Positions 1-13,932 of a stretch of DNA of 64,000 nucleotides are shown here, piece by piece. Position 1 is the first letter of the stretch. The number at the start of each line of letters is the position of its first letter. Below the pieces are notes generated by a model. It had not been told where the DNA came from. It did not search any database and saw nothing but the letters and a program-made list of their open reading frames with translations. The stretch comes from Octopus vulgaris (taxonomy: Eukaryota), in the NCBI GenBank assembly GCA_951406725.2, contig OX597819.1:16740001-16804000 (forward strand), in the 5' to 3' direction. Made by a program: the position numbers and the translations under genes.

Positions 1-945
1 TAATAATGATTTCAAATTTTGACACCAGACCTGCAATTTTGGAGGAGGAGGGAATAAGTCAATTACACTAATACCAGTGCTTCACTGGCACTTATTTTAT
101 TGAAACTGAAAGGATGAAAAGTAAAGTTGACCTTGGCAGAATTTGAACTCAGAATGTGAAAATGGGCGAAATGTCACTAAGCATCTTGTCCAACGTGCTA
201 ATGATTCTGTCAGTTTGCTGCCTTAATAATAATAATAATAATAATAATAACGATGATGATGATAATAGTTTAAAATTTTTCCACAACAGCAGCAATTTTT
301 GGGAGGTGATGAGTCAATTATATCGATCCCAGTGTTCAACTGGTACTTATTTTATCAACCCCAAAAGGATGAAAGGCATAATTGACCTCAGTAGAATAAT
401 AATAATAATAATGACGCCTTTAATTTTGACATAAAGCCAATAATTTTTTTTTTTGTGGAGAGTACTTTTATCAACCACAGAGAGATGAAAGGCAAAGCTG
501 ATTTTAGCAGGATTTGGACACAATGAATAAAGGACTAGAACAAACAAATTATTTTCTCTGGTATTCTAACAATTATAGTCTACCACTATTTGTAAGATAT
601 GTTAGTCTTGATCAACCTTAGTGTTTGGTTGGGACTTTATTCAGTTGATTATGGAAGTTTGAAGATGTAGTTGATCTTTGGGATTTGTGCTCAGAACAAG
701 AGGAACTTAATGCAGAAAGATGTATTATTTGATGCTCTACTAGTTCTGTTATGCAATTGTCCAATAGATAATTTAAAAAAAATTTTGGCTCAAGGCCATA
801 TAGTTTGTAAGGGTAGGTGGTTAGAATGTTGTGAATTTAATTAACTCCAGTACTTGGCTAGTATTTATGTTATGAATTCTAGAGGGATGAAATGCAAAGC
901 TGACTGACAAAATAAGAACTTAGAATGATACTATAATGATTAAAA

Positions 946-991
<46 letters not shown>

Positions 992-3900
992 ATATAACAT
1001 TTGAGTAATTCTAAATATACATTATCAGGTTTGTCTGTTGGTATATTTAAAATTCAGTTGTTTAGATGTCCATCAGTCTTGATCCAGCTGATTTATGATC
1101 AAAGATGCTTCACTAACCATTTCATCTTTTACTAAAAGTCTATTCAGGGTATCATTCATTAGTCAATATATTCCTCTTCTTTTACTAAAGACAGTAGGAT
1201 ATAATTTAATGGCAATCTCTGCTCTAAACAACCAGCCAAATAAACGGGACACTAGTTTTTCAATAGTTAGCATTAAAAAAAGTGATTTAAAAAGAGGGGC
1301 TGCAGTGGGTATCAAGTCAGGTGTATGAACGATCCAGTGCATGTACCAGATTGTCATTTTCAGTATTAGCAGATTTGGTTTCAAATGTCATCGAATGGTA
1401 ACAAGAGCCAACAGAAACATAAGATCTTCAAATAAAATCAGATTTTGTAATGCAATTGAACATTCTTTTATTTAAGAGGATGCATACGATGTGTGCATGT
1501 ACACGTGTGTGCACACATGCGTACACATGACAGGCTTCTGTAAAGTTTCTGGTAACCAAATTCTATAAATAGATTTGTTCAACCTGATACTCTTGTAAAA
1601 GGCATTTGTCCAAGTTGCCATGCAGTAGGATTGAACTCAGAACCATACAGCCATGCCTCCCGTGCTCCTACATATACATAAGTTTATATACATATATACT
1701 TATACCCAATAAGTAGGACTTGAGATAAATTGTTATCAATAAGGAAGTAAATATTAACTCTCGAGAACTAATCTAAAACTAATGGTGAAATTCTTATCGT
1801 TGGCGGATTGCCTTACCTAGGTGTCAGGTGATGCCTGTGAGGGTGCTTGGCTTTTCCAGTGCCTTAGCCTCACCATCATCTGTGGTAATGCTGTGAGCAT
1901 GCTAGCTTGCTTCACTAGGTTCCTTTGGTGCTGCGTTGTTGTTTTTTTCTATTTATTTTTCTTTTGTAAAAGCCTGTTCATATTTTGAATAAAGCTAGCA
2001 ATCAATGAAGAATATCTGTTCCCATGCGGTCACTGGCTTCAGTTTAACTGTAGCAAAATGGGGCACCACCTTCAAGGGCTTTAGTCAATTGTATCAACTT
2101 CAATTTTGTTTTACATTCAGTCCGGCGTGTATTTTATTCATATCAAATCATTAAGTTAAGCTATGATATAGGAAACACAACCTGACAGACTCATTTACAT
2201 GAGTAAAGATGAGCTGCTTCAGTCATTGTCTATAGAATTTTGCTCAATCTTACTAGGTAATGGTCCTCAGGAAACACTTACTGCATAATGGGATCAAATT
2301 GAGACTCAGAACGAAATTCTTAACATGTGAAAGGGAACTAAAAGTTGGCTTTTGACTGGTTACCCCCTCTGGTAAGTATTAAGTCCGATAAAATATGTAG
2401 TAACCAAATACTAGAGGATCACTAACTTATTGCTGTAAGTTAGACATGGCTAAATTCTAAATTATTGCTCCTCCATACCAAAATCTGTGACCTTGAGTTA
2501 CTGTGGAGAATAATTAGGATGAATCGAAATAAAAAAATGATAGAGCGATGACGAAATAGCGGTTGGTTTCAATTGCCTCCCTTTTCGTTCCAAGTGCAAA
2601 TCACGCCAGGGGTCAATGAAATAAATACTAGCAAGCTAACGAAAGAACATCGACCTGCTAGAAATAGCAATCCCGATCTCTCTCAAATCACACCCTATTG
2701 TCTTTCAAAAAGACCACATTAGATATCAGTTCTCCGTACTTAGCAAAAAAGCCGGGATGGTCATGGCTGGAATGCTTTCAATTGTATTTTACTTCATTCG
2801 GGTTGACCTGGGACTAAGCAGCAACTAGTACTGATGTAAACATACTTAGCTGCGGACAAAACCACCACCATCAGGTAGCAAATTCATATATTACTACTAC
2901 TTGTTAATATCCAGCAACGACATGAAACCATGTTGATACAAAGCGAACGATATAGTAAAACAAAGGTAACCTATTTGTGAAAGCCTCAGATATGTGCGTA
3001 TGAAAAAGTACATTTAATAAAGCTATGATTTCAGCATACCAACAGAGAATGACCCTTCGCCTCAGCGCACCCCTACCAATACATACACACATTTATTTTC
3101 AGGGTGTTGTTTCTATGATAGTTTAATGTGGTTAGTTGGCAACCTAACCAGATCCTGGTCAGCTCTATGGATTAAATAAAGTTTACACAGTCCTTAAAAT
3201 ATTGACAGAATAGCTTCTCCTTTAGACACAATTTATCGCAAATGACACACACAAGTATAAACGTGTGTATATACAAAGTTTCTCTCTCTCTCTGAACGGG
3301 AACGTGAAACTCAGAGTAACAGGTTTTGTTGGATTTTCTGCTGCTTTAAATAAAGTATATATATATATATACACACACAAAGTATAAACATGTGTGTATA
3401 TATAAAGTCTATACACACACACACACACACACACACAAATATAGCATACTCCGACATAGCATTTTAAATCATACAGCAGGTATAACTAGTGTGTGTGTGT
3501 GTGTGTGTGTGTAATCTGCTAGCTTGCATATGCTATTTTTGTTAATGAACCTTCGTTTTGTATATGTATACATACATATATAAATACACAATTATACTTA
3601 TTACAGTACAGTGGTTCTTTCACTGCATATATATGTACGTACACGTAAATATAATATCTATTTACACATCAAAATATTCACGTTATGTATGTAAGTTTAT
3701 ACAGGTAGACGAGTAGAAATTTATTGGCGTGTGTGTATATGTGTTGTCTGCCTAACTAATCCCCACGACGACGACCACCACCAACTCCACCACCTAACGG
3801 CAACAGACAATAGTAGAGTATATAGATTTATTTTCTCTTCCAACGCCCTGCATTATGACTTGAACTGGTGGTGGTGGTGAACTTATTAAATATACATGTT

Positions 3901-6900
3901 GAATATCAACTTGACACTCAACACTACCATTACTGCCACTACTGGCATTACTGGCACTGAACCAATGTGAGTGATAAAACTGCTGGAAATAACAGTCAAA
4001 TCTCTCTTAAATAGCTTTAAAAATGGAAGATTAGACTGCATTCCTACATTATGTATGAGAAATATGGATAGGGTATTCCTGGATGAGGTGCTGTTAGTTA
4101 TGTGGCTACTAGATCAGAGCTGATGTAGGGTTAATCAACTAGATCAAGTACGACTAATACGGAGTCTATGAGTTTTTCAGTATGCTTGAAATTACAGCCA
4201 GATTTCATTCCAATCACATCTTGCGGATTTTAATTTTGTTTATTTGTATACCTAAGTACAATTATAAGTTTTAGACTGGTACTTTAATGAAGGGAGTAGA
4301 ATAAAAAAAAAAAAAAAAGAGCCAGACAGGATCTGAACTCTGAAGTTCTCATCATATACTGTGAAGCATTCTGCCAGGTGGGGGGGGGGGGAGAGAAAGA
4401 GAGAGAGAGATAAGATATCGATTTAGTAGTAGCAACTAACAGAAGGAGGATTTGAACTTAGGTGGCCGAGGCGCGCCTGATATGACGTCTGTAGGAGCTC
4501 TTGTTATCGAAATGTGGAGGTTTACAAGTACATGCTCAGTGTAACGTGACTGTGATAAAACAATGCTCTCGATCCCATATACATACTATCAATGTTTGAA
4601 AGTCAAATGTCGCTGATTCAAATTTTAACCCCTTTCTTGGTTCCTCAGCTATAGAAGAGCGTATTGGCTACCAACAGAATGGCAGTATGCCTCAACTTCT
4701 ATACTACACCTAATACCACCACACGATAGACTACAACACTGACCCAAAGGAACGGGCTATTACATAGCCGTTCGACCTGCTAGAAGTAGCAGCTAAATTC
4801 ACTCAGATACTGTTATTATATCTTTAGTTCAATCATCATCCGGCTAATATATGAAGCCTGTAGGGCGCCTGGGTCTGAGCCTCAGACATAGCACTTCGGA
4901 TATACCATACCTCGGTTGACTTGATGACCTCATTAAGCACTCGAACAAGCATCTAACATTGTTGGTATTTCCATTCAGTTTGTTTTAGCTTTCATAGGTT
5001 TGGCCCTTGTAAAGTGGCGCCTTGTATTAATAAAACGGTTATGGCGTACGTCATGAGAAGTGATATTCCTCGTATGTAGAGTATAATAGAACCTACGACC
5101 TTGACTCTTAACCGTAGTCATGCTAGGGCATTTAACTGCGACCACGCATTCAAAAGGTTTTTACGAGATTATCTTTTTTCGGTTATTCTGTAAACAATAG
5201 TGCCGTTTGTTATAGGCTTGTAACGAATCGATCGACCGACCCATCTGCATCATCATCGTTGTGTTGAGCAAAGACAGAATTTGGTACCAAGATTGCAGTT
5301 GTATACATGTTTTCTTAAGGAAGCTAAAACCCCACAAATCGATAGTCCGAGGTACTCGTTTCTTATCTTCAGAAACTGTGAGTGAAAATCTGGTAAGCAA
5401 ACGTGGTTATTACTGATACTCTTTCTTCACCGTCGTGTGGTATTTGATCGAGCTATATCTCGAGTTCAAATCCCGCTGAGGTCAACTTTGCTCTACATCC
5501 TTTCAGAGTCGTTAACATATAGTACCAGTGATGTACTGAGACTGGTAGTATCAACTACTCCACCCCTCGATTTTTGGCTCTGTGTCTGTTAGAAACAATT
5601 ATTACGTCATAACTAAAGCAGAGTCGCTAGAGTATCAGATAGAATAGAATCTTTTGCTGTATGTGTCCTCGATTTCTGCACGAAATCTAAATTTTACACA
5701 TATCAAGCTACCGTCACTTCATTTCAGATTGTCCCCCCACTCGTAAAATTAGCCAGTTTAGCTTCATATAGTTTTGCTCCACTACTGAGATAAAATGTGA
5801 TAAATAATCATTCTAAAGTTATATGGAGTGAGATGAAATGACTTTCCAGCTACCGGCCAAAGGCAGAGCCGTCTTAAGACATGGGCACACTGGGCTGTTA
5901 CTCGGAGGCCCAATGTTAATTAAGATTGCGTATGTAGGGACTCCAGTGCATTGCTTTGTGGTCTACAACAATGAAGTCCAAGGGTAATTTGCATCCCTCC
6001 GACCAATAATTTAAACACTACTTCAAGTTACTGAGAGGTATAGTGAAGCAAGGGCTATCTTAAGTCGAGTACAGGCGTCACTTCATCGACACGAAGGTGA
6101 TTGTCTTCAATGTCTGACAGAGTGATCCGAGGATAGGGGCAACACCTCAGTCGCAACAACGCAAAAGTGGGATAAAGGACAAAATTTACGTTTTAAATAA
6201 ACCAGATTTCTCTCTTTCTTTGGATCAAGTTGCCCATCCAAATTAATGCAAGGCAGCGAATAAACAAAGCAAAATAACGACAATGATGATAGTGGTAATG
6301 ATGTTAATGCATAAGATTTTAATTTTTAGCTCCCGGTCAAACCCGATTGGGCAGAACCTGATCAAAGACAACATTTTCAGTCGTCATGACTATCATGTTT
6401 CATATATCTTGCTGCATTGTTTAATTGTGACGGAAAGTGTATCTACTCAAACAGGGTGTGGTTTCAGATGAAATTTAAGTTGCTACGATTTCTAGCAGAT
6501 TGGGTGACTGCTCAGAGACTTTCTCCGACCTTGACTCATAAGTTGTTCTAGCATGTATTAGTGGTTACTTCCTTGTAATGATAATGCCTAGAAACCGCAA
6601 TTAATTCAACTGAGAGTGAGCTCGCGTTTTCTCACTCTTTCTCTCATATACAAACAAACATGAAAATTGGCAATGTGGCTTTCTAGATCAAAATATGGCA
6701 TCTCTGGTAATTTATTTTAAAAACTAGTTTTTGAGTTATTTTGTTCAGCGCTAGAACAGCAATCACCTAGCAGAACTATAAAAAAAGGGGGCTCCAGTTG
6801 TGACCATTTTGTATTGTGAGATGGTTGCAACCTCCATGAAGCGTTATTTTGTCCAATCATATCTACCTATCTATTTATGAGAGAGAGAGAATACAGTGTG

Positions 6901-7499
6901 ATGTGGTTGCCATTTCTAATTGGTCAAGTGATCACGTAGAAGCTCCCATAACCATTTTGGACTTTAAATCTAGTCAAACTGACTAACCACTTGATACCAC
7001 TGACTTATAAGCACCAGGGATTATTGATGAGTATAGATGTAATGATAGTTTGTCTGAAGATAAACTGTTTATGTAACCACGTTTATGCAACATCGCAAAT
7101 AAAATTTCAGGAATATTTTCTTAAGAAACGCATCAAATGTGAGGTGTACCCATCCAGATGGTCGCAGGGGATTATCAAGGCATTTGTTCACCGAGAATTA
7201 TTCGAGTCAATGACCAATGTCTGTGAATAATAAACAGAAAGGCTGAAGTTTGAATGTACTTGTGTAAAGAAACTACACACATTTATTTACCTTACTGTTA
7301 ATTGGTGACACCCCTTCCCCACGCACACACACTGGGTATTTTTGAACAAAGCAAGACATCATACAGAAAAAAAAAACACCTGCTGACAAACACGATTGGC
7401 TAGATACAGCAAAGAAACATTTTATAAAATCGTCTTCAGCCCCAATGTAGACACAAAAGTGACTGCAAGCTAGGATTAGATAGCCCCCACTCCCCAACT

Positions 7500-7700
7500 T
7501 GTTTATCTATCACGCTCACAACAGCAGCTCCCACGAGTCCTTGACATCGTGGAGCTGCCGGTCGGTCAACTGCTGGCGACACCATTGATGAAGCAGGCCA
7601 GATTATTCAAATCAAGAGAGTTAAGAGGCCATATGATGTTGGGTGTTATACCATCACATGGTTCTCTTGGGTCTTGCGAAACTGATGTCACCACTTCTAC
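7500..7700 (-). mobile_element. Highly decayed Tc1/mariner-like transposase fragment
   Basis: The minus strand reads ITPNIIWPLNSLDLNNLA around 7600-7650, resembling the WPPNSPDLNP motif. No TIRs were seen and the boundaries are uncertain. Confidence 0.3.
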
Positions 7701-9149
7701 ATAATGTCATCGTGCACGCATGTCCGAGAATGGGACCTGCTAACTTGAGCTGCACAGTGATAACTCTTATCAACCCACTGTTCTTTTGGTGGTGATCTGG
7801 ACCTGCCAGAGGAAGTGTCTTGACGACATCTGACCGTTGAAAATTTCTTTTTCTTGGCCACGGGTGACGGGTCCCTCACCAGAGACCTCCTAAAACCACA
7901 TGCACTCTCTTTATCAGATTGTAATCTATCACACTGATGTTGATACGTCTGAAGGAGCGACGCAAAAGTTAAAATTTGGCGCTTGCTTTGAAACATTACA
8001 TTAAGTCGTCTTTCATTTATATATGGACTGATAAAGCTTGTTCACAATTCCCTGCGCACCCTACGCCGCGCAGGTGTATGTCTCGCCAAAAATGGGCTGT
8101 CACTCTGTGCCAACCGATTCCATGATCCCACTTTTTCATCCAATAAAAGTTTTTATAGGGCAAAAGACTGAGACGAAACAGATTATATGTGAATAATGCT
8201 TATCCGAACATTAGAGAGGTTATAGAGTGAAATCACTTCGTTTCAAAACTGGGAGCAGACACCAAGTCTCGCATTTTGATCACTCGAAGTTTTGCTTTGA
8301 AAATTTACTAGGGTCAGCGCAACACCACCTACAAGCTGCACCAAACATCATCATTATGTTATCTGCAAGTAACAATACCATACACATACAATAGGAGCTA
8401 CATCTCTAAAACAGTCACATCACGCACAGATAGCGAAGAAACTTTCTAGAATAACCATAGAACTGGCATTCGAACAATAGAAAGAAACGGCACTGTTGTG
8501 TGCAAAGAACCCATTATATCTAATGTGAAGTATGCTAGGCTACCAAAAATCCGATTTTGTTGACATGAAACGATGTCAACGCACCAAGGATATGTGTGTG
8601 GTGAGAACCTACGTGAGTTCCTCATGTTACATCTTACCATCCAGAAAAGAAAAATTACATACTGTACAATCCCACATTATGCTTGAAAAAAAAATGGATG
8701 ATCATGACTGAAATGCTAAGTAAAATCAAATTACAATAGTTATATTTACTAGCAAAAACTATAAAACTTATACAGACGAAATACTAAAGATGAAAGACTA
8801 CTTTGGACAGGCAACGGATACAGCTTGTTACAGTTGCTATCTACAGTGCAGACAGGCGAATCTTTAAGGCTGCCGCCATAATAGACGGTATATCCTTTAT
8901 TTTAAATCTGGTGGAGTCTATTCCATTCCAGATCTGAATACAGATTATTTCTTACGGAGAGGTGGGGAGAGAAAGGAGGGAGGACAAAATGAATAGGAGA
9001 GAATAGAATCAATAATATACTTATTTATCGACCCTCCCTTAAAAAAAGAAATTTAAGTTGACCTCAGCAGGGTTTGAACTCGGAATGAATACCACAACTA
9101 CTTGACATGCAGAATTATCTCAAAACACACACACACGTGTTAGTGTGAA

Positions 9150-9491
9150 GGCGCAGGTGTGGCAAGAAGTTTGCTTCTGAACCATGTGGTTTAGGGTTCA
9201 GTCCCACTGCATGGTATCTTGGGCAAGTGTCTTCTATATCCCGAAGACGACCAAAGCCTTGTGAGAAGATTTGGTTGACAGTAGCTGAAATAAGCCTATC
9301 GTGTGTGTATATGTGTGAGTGTGTGTATATCATACTACCACTTGACACATGGTGTTGGTTTGTTTACGTTACCGTAACAGCGGTTCGGCAAAAGAGAGAA
9401 TAAGTACTGGAAGCGATTTGTTCGACTAAATCTCGAAGGCGGTGCTCCAGCATGGCTGCAGTACAGTGAATGGAATACATAAAGGATAAAA
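9150..9491 (+). mobile_element. SINE, dominant family
   Basis: Same head, core and tail as 40189-40525. Confidence 0.8.
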
Positions 9492-12400
9492 GTTCACAAC
9501 CAAGTCCAATTTTCTACAATTTTCTGAACGGATAGAATAAAGCAAAGGCATGAATAACAACTGTAGCGATAACCTCACTAATCCTAAAGACTGCTGCATG
9601 TAAACCAATCACTAGCGGTGAGACTTGAAGATTTAACTTCTATTTTTGGTAGATATAGTGACGGGCTAGGGAGCCTCCCTCATTGGTTCGTGTTACTTGC
9701 ATTGCTATAGTGACAAAAGTAGGATGTCGCTCTCATAGGGCATTATAAATTCAGCCAAACTTAGCTTCGTCTTACTCTGTTGTTGTTTATCCTTAGGTCA
9801 CCTCTGATCCAGCAGGATCCATGTACGATTAAATGTACTCCAGATGTGTCCACCCCACCTTTATATGGAATTATGTAAACACCAATAATCTAACTCATTT
9901 TCCTTCTTTTAAAACAGTAGGATGTGATTTGAATGAGAAATTCAGTGCTGTTTTTAGCATATCGAGTGATCGCATAACGCCGGGATGCGAAACCTTTTCA
10001 GTAGTGTTCCAAGAGAGGCGAACTGCAAGTGCGGTCACATCTGGACAGAGAATAGTATTTTAATTTTATGAATCCACATCGATATATTTAACTTTACTGT
10101 TTTGATCCGAAGGATTATGACAATTGTTTCTCATATGGGATTTTGTTGTTTTCGAAGATTTTGTCAGCTGTAGGCGAGGAATTTCCCCACAATTGGTGAG
10201 CAAAAAAAGGCCTCCTTCGTTGACTGGTTGGTTACTTATTTTAGTGACCCCGGAAGGATAAAAACTGAAAGTTGATTCCGTCAGGATTTAAACTCAGAAC
10301 ATTTAGAAACGTAACTAAGTACTGCTGCTTCAAGTTAATTTCCTCGATTTTCTACCCATTCTGCCAATCAACTCCATCCCCATATAAACGAGACCATCTG
10401 GAACACAAAATACAAATGAGTTAACAAAGAAACCTGCTAGAAATAGCAGGCATATTCTATCGAATCACGATCCTTACTATCTTAAAGATGAGAGAAGCAC
10501 GTTGGACATTTAGTTAGATAGATCTACGAAAAGACGGATAGTTACGGTTGGAACGCCTCTGATCACAGTTCTGCTCAATCAGTGCTTGTGCTGGGGTTAA
10601 ATAACGACAGCGACATAAAGAGCCGATTTTCAGCGATTCCTTTGTGTAAATAAACTCACCCCATTAGAGAGAAAACAAATAGACTCGTCCATTTGTATGC
10701 GTTTACTTAAGTGTAGCAGTTTGACTTAGTTGTGACGGGTAACAGAGTGGGAGGAGAGGATTCATTCATGGAATGGGGGAAAGGAAAGGGAGAGAAGGGC
10801 AGAGAGAGAAAGAAAGATAGGCAGAGTACGAGAGAGCAACATTCTTGGTCTATACCCCTCTTCTCTCCTCTCCCGCTAGTTTCCTGTCTTCTCAGCTGGA
10901 TTCTTCCGCATCTGGCATCAGAATAATAGCAACAACAACGATAATTTCTAGCTTTGGCACAAAGCCACAGAATTTGTTAGAAAGGAATAAGTTGATCGAT
11001 TCACTATCAGTAGATTACTGGTACATCGAGCTCCTTCGTTTGCTCGACGTGATAAATCAACCGGTTAGAAATAGCAGCTAAATCACATACTGTTGTCTTA
11101 AAACAGGAAAAGTATTAGATAATATAGTGTTAAATATTCTTAAAAAGTCGGGAGGGGCAAGGCTGATATGAAATTAAACACCAATAACAATATGTCAACT
11201 CAGTCGTTCTCCCTACTAAAAATAGCAGGTACTTCTCCCTCCAATTACACCCTTCTGTCTTAAGGACACTGGATGAAAAAAATGGCTGGTCATGGCTAGA
11301 ACAAAGATGTCATACGAAGTCGATCCTCGACATTTATTCAGAAGGTCAAAGGTTGTAACTACAACACCACCACCACAACAACAACGACGACGACGACGAC
11401 GACGCAAGAAATATACATGGGAGGAAAAAGGTTGGGGGATAAATCGACGACTGAATCGAACTCGGGACATAACTGGTACTTATACAAAGGTATGGAAGGT
11501 AGCAACTCAGACATTATTGACAAGAGTTATCACAGCAACATATTTACTCTACCATACCTCTTTCTATATAGCAATATACCCACCAACACTACGCCCACCG
11601 CTGTACCACATTACTGTATATGAAAATACCCGTCTAATATAATGATATACATATTGATGAGGGAACGGATACGGTGTGGAAGTGGCATCATTCATCCTGT
11701 TATCAATAGTAGCCAAATATCCACCATATCGCGCGCGCGCACATCTTTAAAATGGAAAGATACAGTAGTCTTAAAAATGCACCATTTCTGAGTAAGAGAC
11801 AGGACATCTGAGTTTAAAGAACAACATCAACAGGGTTGATGTAATTATAATGCGGGTAGTTATCGAATTGGCCCTTATATCAGTTTATTTTATCGGCTTA
11901 AAACTGAAATTTTTTAAAACCACAAATCAACTCAAATTTAGTGAAGTATTACATCCAACACTGCTTGACAGTGTTCATTATTAGTATTGTTATTATCTTT
12001 TTCTTTTTTAAATTCGATTTCTTCAGTGTCCCCCTGTTCATCACCCTTGTGGCAAGGTAAAAGAAATGACTTAATAACAGAAACATTCGATGTTATTTTT
12101 TTTTTTTTCACTATGTATTCTGTCATATTTCCAGTTTTACAAAATTCTTTTGGCTTCCTGTTTCTTTTGAGCATTTGCAGTTTCTTTTTTAATCTTCGAG
12201 AATTAATTTGATTGGTTTTTATTTCCATTATTATTCTCCTTAGCAAAAATGAATAAACAAATACACAAAGAAAATATTTTGTTGTTCTTGCTTAACTTTT
12301 CGTAGATTTTTCCTTGGTTTTCATAGTGAATATCCGTTGTTTGACACAAATATTACGATTTGAAATGAACTCTGCAGATTTACACACATTAAAAACAAAC

Positions 12401-13890
12401 AAACAAACACGAATCCTTCTTGCTGGAATTTCTTGTTATAGTTAAAAAAAAAAAAAAGCTAAAATTGGTTTGTCATATTTCTTAGATTTTTTTTTTCTAT
12501 CAGCACAATCATCATCACCGATGTTGTTGCTGTTATTCTTTGATTCGTTTTGTTAAAGAAATATCCGGGAGAGAGAAAAAATTAAATTGATCCAAAGTTT
12601 GCTGTTCCATTTTATTTCAATATTATATGGATGTTTTTGTGTCTAAAATGCATAACTCGGAGTCGCAACAGAGAGAGAGAGTTTGTGTGTGTGTATGTGT
12701 ATAGTTTTTATTGATTTCAGTCATTTATATCGATCTAGAACTTTGATAATTATTTAATCGCACTGCTTCAGACCGAAAGGTAAAAAAGGGACAAAATACT
12801 GGCGGAACTAAATACAGAGTATTTTTGTTAATATATATGTTTATGTGCACAGTTTATAGCTCCGAGAGTCAAATTGTAGGTGTGTAAACAGAGACAGTAC
12901 GCGATTTCAACATATAAATTATAAATAAAATGGGTTTTTTTTTCAAAAACTTTCACAATTCAGTTTTAGTTTTTTTCTGTTTTATACTGTTTTTTATCTT
13001 TTTATTTCAAATTTTCTTTTCTTTTTTTTGGAATTGTGTTATATTTTTTTCATTTTTATAAAAGTCAATTTTAAAAAATTTCCAAATAATTATATTTGGC
13101 AGGGGAAGGAATAAACAAAAGATAAAATGTTCCTCGCAGACAAAATATTGTCATTATGAAATCATGTTAAGTGGAAAAACTTTCTGGTTAAAGTCCTTGG
13201 TAACATGTGCATTCACCACCACAATATCCGCATTTGTTTGAATTCCAGGCAGGTTTTGAATACACGTTTCTCCTATCAACACAAATATCCAAATTTGTTT
13301 GAATTCCAAGTAGTTTTTAGCTTAGCACTGTCAGAGCAATATCCAGATGAGGTTTAATCCCAGGTAAGTTTTGAAGTCATAACTTTTCTATAGACAACAT
13401 ATCCACAAGACATGCTTTGTCTTTTTTTTAGAGTGTGTGTATATTTGTGTGTGTGTTAGTAAAAACATTTACAAAATATATCATTACTCATCACAGTTCT
13501 TTTTGTTTTTGGTACAATGTTTTTATTTTCCATTCTCAGAAGAATACTTATTAAATAAATAAATACTTTTCTTTTTATACCATCAATAAAGTATTCATGT
13601 CAGAATATACACGCAAGTATGCATATATAAATAATTATTCGTTTTATAATAATATGCACATTTTTATAGATTTAAAGTAATATTTTGTTTTATTTTTTAT
13701 CTGGCCTTGACTATGCAAGGACACATTACATAAATAATAATGGAATTTAAAAAAAATATGCATGTATATATTTCACAAAATGCTGGCAATGAGTTTCAAA
13801 CTATAAAACAACAAGTAGGTTTGAGAAAAATAGCAGAACATATAAAACATAACAAAGTTTAGAGCAAAAAAAAATATAAATATCCTTTAC

Positions 13891-13932
13891 CTTTGGTTGT
13901 GCTTTCCTAGGAAATGCTACTTTAGGGTCGAC
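13891..13932 (-). CDS. msi: Musashi internal exon (end of RRM1/linker; VDPKVAFPRKAQPK)
   Basis: 42-nt phase-0 exon with acceptor ttccattctacag| and donor |gtaaag. The peptide matches the Musashi-diagnostic (I/V)DPKVAFPRRAQPK. The preceding KMFIGGLSWQT exon and following MVTRTKKIFVGGL exon were not found and probably lie outside the window. Confidence 0.93.

Noticed and set aside
1395-1440. ATG GTA ACA AGA (MVTR...) resembling the start of the next Musashi exon
   Set aside because: It is on the wrong strand, continues ANRNIRSS rather than TKKIFVGGL, and has no acceptor.
11938-12246. 102-aa Lys/Asn-rich minus-strand ORF
   Set aside because: Its composition follows A-rich low-complexity DNA, with no domain or splice evidence.
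13222-13405. CRISPR-like repeat-spacer appearance
   Set aside because: The context is a eukaryotic intron, the repeats are degenerate, and there are no cas genes. It is kept only as an unexplained repeat finding.
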